A stretch of 64,000 bases of DNA from the human T2T-CHM13v2.0 reference genome, Homo sapiens (GCF_009914755.1 NC_060927.1), one strand, 5' to 3'. Numbered from the stretch's first letter, positions 15,069 through 30,640 are shown. Notes: generated by a model from the sequence alone, not told the origin. Numbers and translations: made by a program.

Positions 15069-18000
15069 TTATCTCCAACATATCAGTGAGAACATACTAT
15101 GTTTGGTTTTCAATTCCTGAGTTACTTCACTTCACAATCTCATCCAGATCACTGCACATGCTGTTAATTCATTCCTTTTTATGCCTGCATAGTATTCCAT
15201 CTTATTTATATACCACAGTTTCTTTATCCACTTGTTGACTGATGGGCATTTGGGTTGGTTCCATGATTTTACAATTGCAAATTGTGCTGCTATAAACATG
15301 TGTTTGCAAGTAAGTATCTTTTTCGTATAATGACTTTTTCCTCCGGTAGATACCCAGTAGTGGGATTGCTGGATCAAATGTTAGTTCTACTTTTAGTTCT
15401 TTAAGGAATCTCCACACTGTTTTCCATCATGGTTGTACTAGTTTACATTCCAATCAGCAGTGTAGAAGTGTTCCCTGATCACTGCATCCACGCCAACATC
15501 TACTGTTTTTTTGATTTTTTGATTATGGCCATTCTTGCAAGAGTAAGGTGGTATCGCATTGTGGTTTTGATTGCATTTCCCTGATCATTAGTGATGTTGA
15601 GCATTTTCTCATATGTTTGTTGACCATTTGTATATCTTCTTTTCAGGATTGTCTATTCATGTTTTTAGCCCACTTTTTGATGGAATTGTTTGTTTTTTTC
15701 TTACTGATTTGTTTGAGTTTGTTGTAGATTCTAGATATTACTCCTTTGTCAGATTTATAGATTGTGAAGACTTTCTGCCACTCTGCAGACTGTCTGTTTA
15801 CTCTGCTGACTGTTCCTTTTGCCATGCAAAAGCTCTTTAGTTTAATTAGGTCCCAGCTATTTATCTTTGTTTTTATTGCATTTGCTTTTGGTCATGAAAT
15901 CTTTGCCTATGCCAATGCTTAGAAGGATTTTTCCAATGTTACCTTCTAGAATTTTTATACTTTCAAGTCTCAGATTTAAGTCCTTAATCTATCTTGAGTT
16001 GATTTTTGTATAAGATGAAAGATGAGGATCCAGTTTCATTCTCCTACATGTGGCTAGCCAATTATGAAGCCAGCACCATTTGCTGAAAAGGATGTCCTTT
16101 CCCTACTTTATGTTTTTGTTTGCTTTGTCAAGGTCAGTTGGTTGTAAGTATTTGGGTTTATTTCTGGGATCTCTATTCTGTTCCATTGGTCTCTGTGCCT
16201 ATTTCTGTACCAGTACCACACTGTTTTGGTGACTATGGTTTTATACTATAGTTTGAAATCAGGTAGTGTGATGCCTCTAGATATGTTCTTTTTTATTAGT
16301 CTTGCTTTGGATATGTGTGTTCTTTTTGGTTCCATTTGAATTTTAGAATTGTTTTTTCTAATTCTGTGAAGATGGTGGTATTTTGATGGGAATTGTATTG
16401 AATTTGTAAATTTCTTTTGGCAGTATGGTCATTTTCATAATATTGATTTTATCCATCCATGAGCATGGGATGTGTTTCCATTTGTTTGTGTCATCTATGA
16501 TTTCTTTCAGCAGTGTTTTGTAGTTTTCCTTGTAGAGGTCTTTCACCTCCTTGGTTAGGTATACTCCTAAATATTTTATTTTATGTTTTGTAGCCATTGT
16601 AAAAGGGATTGAGTTATTGATCTGATTCTCAGCTTGGTCACTGTTGGTGTATAGAAGAGCTACTGATTTGTGTGCATTACACTAAATTCTTTTCTCAGTT
16701 CTAATAGCTCTCTGCAGGAGTCTTTAGGGTTTTCAAGGTAAATGATCATATCAGCAGCAAACAGTGGCAGTTTGACATCCTCTTTACCAATTTGGATGCC
16801 CTTTATTTCTTTCTCTTGTCTGATTGCTTTGGGTAGGACTTCCAGTTCTATATTGAAGATGAGTGGTGAGAGTGGGCATCCTTGCCTTGTTCCAATTCTC
16901 AGAGGGAATGCTTTCAACTATTCCCCATTTAGTATTGTGTTTACTTTGGGTTTTTCATAGATGGCTTTTTATTACATTGAGGTATGTCCCTTGTATGCTG
17001 ATTTTGCTGAGAGTTTTAATCATAAAGGGATGCTGGATTTTGCCGATTGTTTTTTCTGCATCTATTGAGATGATCATGTGATTTTTGTTTTTAATTGTTT
17101 ATGTGGTGTATCGCATTTATTGACTTGTGTATGTTAAACCATCCCTGCATCCCTGGTATGAAACCCACTTGATATTGGTAGATTATCTTTTTGATATGTT
17201 GCTGGATTCAATTAGCTAGTATTTTGTTAAGGATTTTAGCATCTATGTTCGTCAGGGATATCAGTGTGTAGTTTTCATTTTGGTTATGTCCTTTCCTGGT
17301 TTTGGTATTAGAGTAATGCTGGCTTCATAGAATGAATTAGGGAGGGCTCCCTATTTCTCTATCTTGTGGAATAGTGTCAATAGGGTAGGTACCAATTCTT
17401 ATTTGAATGTCTGGTAGAATTCTGTTGTGAATCCATCTGGTCCTGGAATTTTTTTTTGTTAGTATTTTTTTAATTAATGTTTCAATCTTGCTGCTTGTTA
17501 TTAGCTTGTTCAGGGTATCTAATTCTTCCTGATTTAAGGAGGGTTGTATATTTCCAGGAATTTATCCATCTCTTCTAGGTTTTCTAGTTTATTCATGTAA
17601 AGGTGTTCATAGTAAGCTTGAATGATCTTTTGTATTTCTGTAGCATCAGTTGTAATATCTCCTATTTCATTTCTTATTGAGGTTATTTGGATTTTCTCTC
17701 TTTTTCTTGGTTAATCTTGCCAGTGGTCTATCAATTTTATTTATCTTTTCAAAACAAAACAGCTTTTTGTTTCATTTATCTTTTGTGTTTTTCATTGTTT
17801 CACTTTTATTTAGTTCTTCTCTGATCTTGGTTATTTCCTTTCTTCTGCTGGGTTTGGGTTTGGTTTATTCTTGTTTCCCTGGTTCCTTGAGATGTGACTT
17901 TAGATTGTCAGTTTGTGCTCTTTCAGTCTTTTTCATGTAAGCATTTAGGGCTATGAACTTACCTCTTAGCTTTATCCCAGAGGTTTTGGTAGGCTGTGTC

Positions 18001-18760
18001 TCTATTGTCATCCAGTTCAAATAATTTTTTAATTTTTATCTTGATTTCGTTTTTGACCCCATGATCATTCAGGAGCAGGCTATTTAATTTTCATGTATTT
18101 GCATGGTTTTGAAGTTTCCTTTTAGAATTGATTTCCAGTTTTATTACACTGTTGTCTGAGAGAATGCTTGATATAATTTCAAATTTCTTAAATTTATTGA
18201 AGCTCATTTTGTGGCCAATCGTGTGGTCTATCTTTGAGAAAGTTCTATGCACTGTTGAATAGAATGTGTATTCTGTGGTTGTTGGATGGAATGTTCTGCC
18301 TGTACCTATTAAGTCCATTTGTTCCTAGGTATAGTTTAAATCCATTTTTTCTTTGTTGACTTTCTGTCTTGATAACCTGCCTAGTGCTATCAGTGGAGTA
18401 TTGAAGTGTTGCTCTCTACTTCACTTCTTAGGTCTATTAGTAATTGTTTTATAAATTTGGGAGCTCCAATGTTAGGTGCATATATGTTTAGGATTGTGAT
18501 ATTTTCCTGTTGGACAAGTCCTTTTACCATTATAAAATGTCCCTCTTTGTCTTCCTTAACTGCTGTTGCTTTAAAGTTCATTTTCTCTAATATAAGAAGA
18601 GCTACTCCTGCTCACTTTTGATGTCCATTTGCATGAAATGCTAGCAGGTGGGTGGTTGATGAGTTCTTATCCATTCTGCAGTTCTGTATCTTTTAAGTGG
18701 AGCATTTAGGCCATTTACATTCTATGCTAATATTGAAATGTGGGGTACCATTGAATTCAT
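15069..18760 (-). pseudogene. L1 ORF2p remnant
   Basis: Fragments [76 protein letters not shown]; many stops. Confidence 0.88.
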
Positions 18761-18859
18761 CATTCTCTTTCCTGTGTACTTTGGGTTTTCTTTGTTTTTT
18801 GTTTTGTTTTGTTTTTTTGCTTTTTAACTAGTATTTTTGTCTTATATATCCTGTGAGAT

Positions 18860-19859
18860 TTATGTTTTAAAGAGATAGTGTTTTGTTGTATTTCCAGGAT
18901 TTGTTTCAAGACTTAGAGCCCCTTTTAGCAGTTCTTGTAGTGGTGGCTTGGTAGTGGCAAATTCTTTCAGCATTCGTTTGTCTGAAAAAGATTATATCTT
19001 TCCTTCATGTATTATGCTTAGTTTCTCTGGATACAGAATTCTTGGCGATAATTGTTTTGTTTGAGGAGGCTGAAGACAGGGCTGCAATACCTTCTAGCTT
19101 ATAGAGTTTCTGCTGAGAAATCTGCTGTTAATCTGAGAAGTTTTTTTAATAAGTTCTCACTTATTAAAAAAGCTTCTGTCTCACAGCTCTTAAGATTCTT
19201 TCCTTTGTCTTAACTTTGGATAACCCGATGACAATGTGCCTATGTGAAGATCGTTTTGTGATGAATTTCCCATGTGTTCTTTGTGCTTCTTATATTTGCA
19301 TGTGTGGGGCTCTCTCAAGACTGAGGAAGTTTTCCTCGATTATTCCCCCAAATATGTTTTCCAGGCTTTCAGAATTTTCTTCCTCAGGTACACCGATTAT
19401 TCATATCCCAGACTTCTTGAAGGCTTTGTTCATATTTTCTTATTCTTTTCTTTGTCTTTGTTGGATTGGGTTAATTCTAAGACTTTGTCTTCGAGCTCTG
19501 AATTTCTTGCTTCTACTTGTTCAATTCTATTACTGAGACTTTTCAGAGCATTTAGCATTTCTGAAAGTATTCCAAAGTTTCCTGAATTTTTAACTGCTTT
19601 TCTTTAAGCTAGCTATTTCCATGAATATTTCTTTCTTCACTTCTTGTGTCATTTTTTAGATTTCCTTGCATTTGGCTTTGCCTTTCTCTGGTGCCTCCCT
19701 GATTAGCCTAATAACTAACCCCCTGAATTCTTTTTCAGGCAAATCAGGGATTTCTTCTTGGTTTGGATCCATTGCTGTTGAACTAGTGTGATTTTTGCAG
19801 GGTGTTGAAGAGGCTTGTTTTGTCATATTACCAGGGTTGGTTTTCTGGTTCCTTCTCAT
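18860..19859 (-). pseudogene. L1 ORF1p remnant
   Basis: MRRNQKTNPGNMTKQ...DLPEKEFRGLVIRLIREAPE matches the L1PB ORF1 N-terminus; 3' end approximate. Confidence 0.8.
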
Positions 19860-22256
19860 TTAGGTAGGCTCTGTCAGACGGAAGGTCTAGGGCTGAAGGC
19901 TGCTGTTCAGATTCTTTTGTCCCATGGGGTGTTCCCTTGATGTAGACTCTCCCATTTTCCTATGGATGTGGCTATCTGTGGGCAGAACTGCAGTGATTGT
20001 TGTATTTCCTCTGGGTCTAGCCACCCAGAGTGTCTACACGGCTCCGGGCTGGTACTGGGGGTTGTCTGCACAGAGTCCTGTGCTGTGAACCATCTATGGG
20101 GTATCTCAGCCATGGATACCAGCGCTTGTTCTGATGGAGGTAGCAGAGGGGTGAAATGGACTCTGTAGGGTTCCTAGCTTTGGTGGTTTAATGCTCTATT
20201 TTTGTGCTGGTTGGCCTCCTGCTGGGAGGTGGCACTTTTCAGAGAGCATAAGCTATGGTAGTATGGAGAGGAACCGACGGTGGGCAGGGCCCTCGAACTC
20301 CCAAGATATATGCCCTTTCTGTTCAGTTACTAGGGTGGGTAGAGAAGGACCATCAGGTGGGGGCAGGGCTAGGTGTGCCTGAGCTCAGACTCTTCTTGGG
20401 CAGGTCTCGTTGTGGCTGCTGTTGGAAATGGGGTTGCAGTTCCTAGGTCAATGGAATTATGTAACTAGAATTATGGCTGGCTCTGTTGAGTCAGGTAGGT
20501 TGTCAGCAAAGTAGGGGAAACCCAGCAGTCACAGACCTCACCTTGTTCCTACACAATCAAAAAGGCCAGTCTCATTCTGACCATGGCCTACCTTCTGTTT
20601 TCAGGAAGTGGGCAAGCAAGGCTGAGAACTTGTCCCAGGCTGTGAAAGAAAGTAGGGTTTAGTTCTTCCTCTGCCTGTGGAGTCTGCACGCCAGATTTGT
20701 GCCCTCCCCTGAGTTCTGGCCAGGAGGTTTCTTGACCAGTTCAAATTGTTACAAAGTTCAGCTGGAGATTTCCTTCTCTCTGTGGCATTTCCCCCCATGC
20801 CTCTGGCTGCCCCCTGCCCCCGAAGGATCCCTGTGATGTCAGGTAGAAATGGCCTGCTTGAGGACCCAGCTAGCTCACAGCACCTTTCCCACTGCTTCCT
20901 CTACCCCTGTATTTTGCTCAGTTCTCTAAATTAACTCAGTTTCAGGTAAGGTTGGAATCTTCTCTTTTAACCTAGACCTTCAGTTTCTCCAGTGCGGGTG
21001 TGTGTTCGGGGGGGCAGAGGCCCTCCTTTTCCCACTTTCACAGTTTGGGCACTCACAGTATTTGGGGTGTCTCCCAGGTCCTGCAGGAGCAATCCACTTC
21101 CTTCAGAGGATCTGTGGGTCCTCTCAGATTTCCTGATTTATTCCTGTAGTCGTTCTGGTGTTAAAATTCACGATGCAAGCCTCCACATGCTGCTCTGTCT
21201 GTCCAAGTCAGAGCTGCAATCTGGTCCTGCCTCCCATTTGCCATGATGCTTATTTGCCTCAGGAGCTATGTTTAAACTCCTTAAACCTTGTTTTTATAAA
21301 TGCTCCCCGCTGAACACATAAAGACTCTATTCCTCTTTTCTTTCTCTTCTTCTTCTTCTTTTTTTTTTTTTTTTTTTTTAATAAAAATCTCTCTCCTCTC
21401 ACTACTCCATGCACTTTCATCTTTCAATTTACCTCCTGGCAATTTTCAGATATTTTTCCAAACTGAGCCCTGCATATAATCCTTGTGATCCATTCTTACT
21501 CTTTTATTTCTTTAATAAGACCAAATGTCCTTTGAGGTTTCAGACTTGTAAGTTGGGCAGAGGCTAGAACATTGGCACCTCACAAAGCCTCACCAGGAGA
21601 TTATTCTAGGTATGACAAACTAATTCCTGCTCTTTATGTAAAGAGAAAAGGGAAGAAGCATACATTTCTTTTTATTTCTGATGGTGTCAGGCAAATTGAT
21701 TATTTTATATTGTCTGACAAAGTTTATACCACATCAGCTTATACATTGCATTAGAAAAATAATTTTATACTGGGCACCATTTGTGGAAAGCATACAAATA
21801 TTCAAGCTATCCTTGAGTTTGGTAAGTAATCTGTAGTGAAGATATCTGATAAAATCCACCTTTGATACTTCAACCTGTCATTAGTTTTAAAATGACTATA
21901 TTGGTCTATCTAAAATAAAATTTTATTCATCTCTCATCAGGCTTAGCTCAGTGTTACTTATATTCAGGAAACACTATGAGAGTTCACAAAAAAAAGAAAA
22001 GCAATAATAATTTAATTTTTATAATAGCAATGAGAACACAAGCTTAAAAATAGGTTATTTTATGTGCTAAGATTGAATAATCACACTAAATATAAAATAG
22101 AAATAAAAATGTAAATAGAATTCCTCCTAATAGAAAAGCTATAAATTATGAATTTGATTCTCATCAAAAACAAATAAAAAAGCTAATAAATATATGGTCT
22201 CCTTTTAAATAAATTGGAAACACACATTATCAGTAAGGAATTGTTAATCTTTTTAA

Positions 22257-22405
22257 TTTTTTTAATTTTTAATTTGTGTGGGTACATCATAGGTGTATAT
22301 ATTTATGGAGTACATGAGATGTTCAGATACAGACATGCAATGCATAATGATCACATCATGGGGATGGAGTATCCATCCTCTCAAGCATTTGTCCTTTGTG
22401 TTACA
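22257..22405 (-). mobile_element. Short 5'-truncated L1MA 3' end
   Basis: tgtgggtacatcataggtgtatatatttatggagtacatgagatg...tcctttgtgttaca; TSD tgttaat(c/t)ttttt either side. Confidence 0.85.
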
Positions 22406-22439
22406 GCTGTTAATTTTTTTAAGGCATAAATTGCTGCAC

Positions 22440-23245
<806 letters not shown>

Positions 23246-23284
23246 AGAAGAAAGGATCATTTTGTTATAGTTGGGAGTTTCTTA

Positions 23285-24050
23285 TTATATTTTTAATTGA
23301 TATAGTTGTACAAATTTTCGGCATACATGTGATATTTTGCTACATGTACACAATGTAACGAACAAATCAGAGTAAATTGGGATATCCATCATCTTTAACA
23401 CTTATCTTCTTTTGTGTGTTGGGTACATTACAATTCTTCTAGATATTTTGAATCACACAATAAATTATTAACTATAATTTTTCTAGTGTACTGTAAAATA
23501 CTAGAACTTATTCTATCTAACTGCATTCTAGTGCCCATTAATCTACTTCTCTCCATCCCCCTTCCTCCTTTCCCTTCCCAGACTCTAGTAATCACCATAC
23601 TAGTCTCTACCTCCATAAGACCCATTATTTTAACTCCCACATATGAGTGAGAACATACAAGCTTTGTCTTTCTGTGCCTGGCTTACTTCCCTTAGCACAG
23701 TTTCCTCCAGTTCCATCCATGCCACTGCAAATGACATTTCATTCTTTTTTATAGCTAAGTAGTATTCCATTGTGTATATGTACCACACATTCTTTATCCA
23801 TTCATCCTTTGATGTATATTTAGGTTTATTCCATATCTTGGCTATTGTGAATAATAACATGGGATGATTATGTAATAAACATGGGAATGCAGATGTCTCT
23901 TCCATGTACTGATTTTCTTTCTTTTTGATATATTCCTGGCAGTGAGATTGCTATATCATATGGTATCTCTAGTTTTAGTTTTTTGAGGGACCTCTGTACT
24001 GTTTTTCATAATGACTGTGTTACTTTGCATTCACAGTAACAGTATACAAG
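23285..24050 (-). mobile_element. L1MA (L1MA5-7-like) 3' fragment
   Basis: Antisense translation WYIYTMEYYLAIKKNE...MFSLICGS* is the ORF2 C-terminus; L1MA-type 3' UTR. Confidence 0.88.
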
Positions 24051-24559
24051 AAAAGTGATGTAGTAAAAAAGAACAGTATACATCAAAATGATGTAGATAA
24101 AGATGGAAAAAAACAATCAACTTGATAATAAATAAAAGGAAAATAGAGAGAAACAGAAATGAAAGGAGAGAGAAAGAGGAGTGAAGAAAGGGTAAGAAAG
24201 AGAAAAAGGACCAATATGGGGAAACCAAACATTGGATATGCTCAGAAGGAGCACCGGAATTTCCATCTAGGAAGGGCTTGGCACAATCCCACTGGGAAAA
24301 TAAAATGAAATTTTAATTCTCTAATTGTTATATAAAATTATAACAATACTGTATTTAAGCTTTCTGTCACTTCTAGAACTATTAATAGACATTTCAGGCT
24401 TTTGAATAAACACTATATAAAACCCAGAGAAGAATACTACTGTTGTCATATTCCATTACCTTCTCTTGAACTAGTTATTTTTAATGATTTAAGTATTAAC
24501 AAATATATTTATTCCCAAGTCTACAAGGATATTGGTGAGAATAAATTATCACCCTCTTC

Positions 24560-25030
<471 letters not shown>

Positions 25031-25304
25031 TTCCTAAGTCATAATATATCCCTATTCTTCAACTGCTCCTTCTCACCACAATGCCTTTACTTAATGAACT
25101 CACTAATGATTTTTTCTCCTGCTCTATAAGCATCCTGCTCATGTGTTCTTACTGAACCATCATTGGCTTAATAAGGAGACATTTCTATTTTCTGTTATTA
25201 TCTCAATCCATAACCAAGACGACTATCTCTATTTACTGTGGAAAGTTCTCCATGAATCATTCAACTGATGCTCTAGTCTATAGCCAAAATAATTTCAATG
25301 GATA

Positions 25305-26118
25305 CTGCTATGTACCACTTAGATCTCTCATCCAGATCTGTGACACTTAATCCCCCAGTTTCTCAGCATGTTGGCAGCTAAGTGTTCTCGGGTGAGTACA
25401 TTTCCAGTACTTACTCAAAGTCATGCCCTGTTTCCTAAAGCCACGCGTATCCAATGACTGGTTTATATGAGAATATAAAGACCCTTGTATCTATCTCAGA
25501 CCATTTTTAAGGGTCATCCCAACACCAGCACTTCCTGTCAGATTGGTTAGGGCCTCTAACATAGCTTCCCTGTAGTTAAATCTCTACCTCTGCCAGATCC
25601 TGCTTTCTTCACTTCCACCATTCCTAGATATTGATTCTGGGAGAAATTCCTAGTAAACATTTTCCATGGACATTTTTAATCTCAGAAACTGCTTTCTGGG
25701 AAATCCAATCTGAAACAGTTGTTGCTAAAAGTGGTCTGAGAAAACAACTCAAAAATGGAATTTTAAAACTGGATCACCTGCTGGCTAGCTGGCAAGGAGA
25801 ATCCCATCACTAGTAGTAAATGCACAGATAAAATCCTTTACAGGTGATAATAGTACTATTGTTACAATTTCTACTTGTTGTGAATTGAGATGGTACTGGT
25901 AAAAAGAAATGCATGGTAGATGCAATATAAAAAGCAATTGAGAAATATACGGGAATTATTATGATAAGGATTATGACTTTTAAAGACTGATGTTGGGGCA
26001 ACTGATGATTTGAAAAAAGACAATGGAAGACTAAAAGGTGATTAATCACCAATTAAGGATTAAATGTGAAAGACAGATGATCTTAATGACCCATTCGTTG
26101 CAGCTAGAGAGCTTCAGC
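25305..26118 (+). mobile_element. LTR16-like ERVL LTR (to ~25717) plus adjacent internal (ERV3-16A3-like) remnant
   Basis: tccaatgactggtttat; LTR end atctcagaaactgctttctgggaaatccaatctgaaaca followed by gttgttgctaaaagtggtctgagaaa. Confidence 0.6.
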
Positions 26119-26121
26119 ATA

Positions 26122-26236
26122 CAGTTGACCCTTGAACAACATGCACTGGAACTGTATGGTTCTGTTATATGTAGATGTTTTTTAACCAAAAGGGGATAAA
26201 AAATGCAGCATTCACAGGATTTGAAAACTGCATACT
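26122..26236 (+). mobile_element. TcMar-Tigger (Tigger2-like) fragment
   Basis: TA then cagttgacccttgaacaac terminal inverted repeat sequence. Confidence 0.75.
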
Positions 26237-26469
26237 TGCCACTTTTAGCTCATTCACTTCAATTAACATGATGTCATTGATGTAGTAAGTAGTGACTAAG
26301 TGTGATATTCTATGGGATGTCCTTATGGTCCTATTAAGCCTCAGGCTACGGGTGCCTGCCAGTTAACTTCAGACTCCTTGTGCCAAGACACCAACAGGCA
26401 AAGGTGAAAAATCAATGTTTGGAAGTTTAGGATGCTATTATACAGTTGGGAGAGTGAATAGTATGTTTG

Positions 26470-26648
26470 CCACCAAGTGATCTTACACAAATTACTTAAC
26501 CTTGATGCCTTAATTGTCCCAATATTTATAATGAAGACAGTAATAGTGGTAATAATAAGGATATTGTGAGAATTAAGTAGATTAATACATGTAAAAAATT
26601 TAGGACAATTGCTGGTATATAAGTACTACATAGTACTAGCTATCATTG
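26470..26648 (+). mobile_element. MIR
   Basis: aaattacttaacctt...gatattgtgagaattaagtagattaatacatgtaaa...tagctatcatt. Confidence 0.75.
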
Positions 26649-28126
26649 GCATGTCCATGCCTAAATTTTATTGGCCAAATTTACATTTTTTAAAGATTTT
26701 GTATTTTTATTCCATTATTTCATCAGGGATTACTCAGATTTTTAAAATCTTGTTCTTCCTTCTTTTTTTCTTTTTTTGCACTGTGTTGCTGTAGGATTTA
26801 TTTTCACCTCATGAATTTGTGCAACTACAATGCTACTTTAAGGAAAAATTAATTTACTGCTAGGCACTGATCCACAATTCAGTTGACTACCTTCACATTA
26901 ATAACAGATGATGACCATGGTTCTTGTATAGGTAGATAAACCTTTCTAAGCATGCTTGATGCAGAATGCAAGACTAAAAAGACTATTTCCTAGATTTTCT
27001 CATTCAGAACAAAAAATACAAAGTATAGTCTGATTTTGCTACTCATAGTGTGTATTTTCTACTGTGTGATTATGCCATTCTTCATATACTATACGTATCT
27101 GGAAACTGAGTCTAATAGTTTACAGTATTGGCAGCCTAAATATGAAGCAAACCTACTATTTTCTTCATCAATAGATCACAAAGGGGAAACTGGGTATGTA
27201 TAAAAATCATAAGAACATTTTACTAAACTACAATATCACTTTTACAGCTTTACACCATTTTATATGCTAAAACCATTCCCACATTGGGGTAGGCAGGGAT
27301 GTTGGACATGAGCAAGTGGAAAATTTCCGGTTAATTCTGGCAACTCCCCATGGTCAGCAGCCAATGCTTCATTCCTCTGATTTAAAACTCAGTTAAATCC
27401 TCTTCTTCCACTCTGCCCCTAATTTTGTTAATGAAACTCATTAAACCTCTGTATAGTTTGCCTTCTTGAGATTTTTCTTCCCACATTAGTGGCAGAATTG
27501 TCTTTTCATTACCTGTGATGCTTCAAATCTGGCTATTTCTTAAGACTATGACTCTGAACTTTCTATATTATTGTCCCTAGAAAGTCCTTAAAGTTACTTG
27601 CTCTTTTTTTTTCTATCTTTTGATAGAACTTTATTTTAAAAGGCACTCAAATGTATTTTAGATAGTTGACTATTGGCCTGTTATCTTCATGATGTCTTCC
27701 TTGAAAATGGATCTCTGCCTCATCCAACCATGTGTCCCCAAGCATCTATTCTAATGCCTGGCACATAGCAAACGATTACTGCATATTTTTCCATTTTCCA
27801 TTGAGAAGTTAACATAACAGCATATAATCACTCTCCCTCTTTTCTTTATATAATAATTATCATGGGAAATTACTTAAAAAGTAGATGTCAGCCTCTTCCA
27901 GAAGAGAATTGCATTCAGTACATCACAGAAGGACTTAAGTAATCTTTTTAAAAACCATCCAGTGATTTTAATAATGATGGCCATTAGAACAGTTGAAAAA
28001 ACAGGAGTGTAGAGTCTAGTCTACATTTTCACAGGTTCAGAAATTTGGTTTTGCCAGTAAACACAAAGGTGATCAGAATCAGGCAACTATCTCACAATAC
28101 ACTTGACTATATTGGTAATACAATAA

Positions 28127-28443
<317 letters not shown>

Positions 28444-30209
28444 TGAGAAATGAAACTATAGAAAGACTAATCAGTGAGTCAGTTAATTCTCACCTATACG
28501 AAAATTAACACGAAATATTATAAAATTTTAATTAGAAAATTGTTTTGTGAGCGAGGCCAGTTCTGTGGGTGATGTTCGACTTGTGTCTTCTGACACAGAA
28601 AGGTGGATGCTCTGGTCTCCGCTTAGACGTCTACCTGCCCAGCAGCCCATATAGTGTTAGTCAGTAAGCTAGAATGTACTAGGAAATGTTTGCCTTCAGA
28701 ATGCCCACTTTCCATACGCCATGCAGGCATCGTCCCTCAGAAGTACATTCTTCTTAAGGACACGCTACTTTAAAATTGACATTCTATCATCTTTATTGGA
28801 CTTACTAATCACTTTTTCAAGTGAGGCAAATATATACAGTTCTGGTTACTTTAAAAAAATTCCTTCATAATTTAATTCTCATTTCATAGATGCATTCCCA
28901 ATTCCTAAGAATACTTTTAACTGTCTCAAAATAGTTTTGGTCATACATTTCATAATTATTGCCATAAACAGACAAGTCTTTAACCTCTCTGACTCTGAAA
29001 TTGGAGTGACAGTAAATGGCCTATTTGAATTGTTTTGTAACTAAGAAATTGATATCATATAATATATGTTTAATTATTTTATTTCTGTAAAGTTATTTTC
29101 AACAAACAAGTCCTAACTTTGCTTCAGAGTTTGGTATTTTGTTTCTATTGGATTGCAGTTTCTGGGAAAGGTACTGTGCATTTTCACTTGGCAGGCAAAG
29201 GCATTTCATGTGCATATGCACATGCACACAATATGTACTCATGCCAAAGCTAGATAAGATGAAACAGGGTGCCTTTGCACATTGCAGCGGAAACTACGGA
29301 AACATAGGAAAAGGGCTGACTCACACCATCATCATCAGAGGCTAACTAGGCAATTCTACACAAACATTTACTGGCAACTGAAAAAAAGCACCAATTTTTT
29401 ATCTATAAACAAAATAAGAAACCTCACAGAGAACTAAAGTGGCAGAACACACTCAGAAAAAAACTTAAAGTAAAAGAATAGATTGGGATGAGAAGAGAAA
29501 CTGAATAGAAAACTAGGAGGAGGCCCAAAGAAAGCAGCTTAATTCCCCAAGATGTTCACATAAATAAGATTGTAGAAAATATCCTTCTTCTCTTTGTTTT
29601 CCCCAAAACCAGTTGTTTAAAAGAAATGTATGGAGCCAAAAGTTCTAAAATTTCAACTTGTGCTTATTGAGAATTAAGTAGATTTTCATGAGTAAAATAC
29701 ATTAACTAGCCAAAACTTCATAATATCTACTTGACATGAGAGGTTAATTTTCAAAGGATAAGGGAAAATAGCTATTTCAATCTGTAGAATCAGTAGGATA
29801 AAATCATCATGGAAAAAATGATCAGTCCAGTAGCTTTTTGTAGCATGTGTCTAGAACATCAGAGACTAAAACATTAGGAAATATGGTGACAGAAAAAAAA
29901 AGCATTAAATTGAGAAAAGATTTTATTTGCACAAAAGCTGCTAACGCACATAAACAAGAATCTTTAAGATGTCATTCTGATGGATTTTAACATACAGGAT
30001 AGATTATTCACTTAAAAACCCTTCAGCAAGTAGAGAGTCGGATACTTAAAGAATGAAGAGCTCTGTATACAATTGTTTTCACTGCTCTGACACCAATTTA
30101 CCGAAAAACCTTGGTAGTAAGTCATTTGCTCCAAGCCTCTGTGTCTTCATTATTTTAAAAACATTAATAAGCCCTACAAATATGGGGCCTTAGTTAAACA
30201 AATAGCATA

Positions 30210-30640
30210 GGGTAGATTAAAGGCAGTCATGGAATCTTGGCTACTGCTTCTATTGAGAGATCAAGTCACTCTTCTAGTTGAATGTCAGCTGGCCCTAGGA
30301 ATTACTCAAGTAGCAGAATGCAGAAATGATGTTCTGGAGCTTCTGAGGTTAGGTCACAAAAAGAATTGCATCTTTTATCTGGGACTCTTGGAATGCTTCT
30401 TCTGGGAAATTCAGTCACATGTAAAAAAGTCACACTCAGTTTAGGACTGCCATACTGTCAGGAAGCCTAAGCTAGCCATGGGGTCACATGGAGAGAGAAA
30501 GCAAACCAACTTTCAGAGCTCTAGGCTCTCAGGCCATGTGTCAGATATGTACATGAAGAAACTTCAGATGACTCTAGCCCCAGCTACTATCCATTTGACT
30601 GCAATTACATGGGAAACCCCAAACAAGAATTGCCCAGGAC
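30210..30640 (+). mobile_element. MLT1 (MLT1H-like) LTR fragment
   Basis: cttctgaggttaggtcacaaaaagaattgcatctt; ggaagcctaagctagcc; actgcaattacatgggaaaccccaaacaagaattgcccag. Confidence 0.7.

Larger units (their letters stand above)
14845..21250 (-). mobile_element. Near full-length LINE-1, L1PB1/L1PBa-like, inactive
   Basis: 3' end ttccataggttattggagtacaggtggtg...gcacccatcacccgagcag; antisense ORF2 and ORF1 remnants; 5' UTR ending gagctgcaatctggtcctgcctcccatttgccatg; several short internal deletions. Confidence 0.92.
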
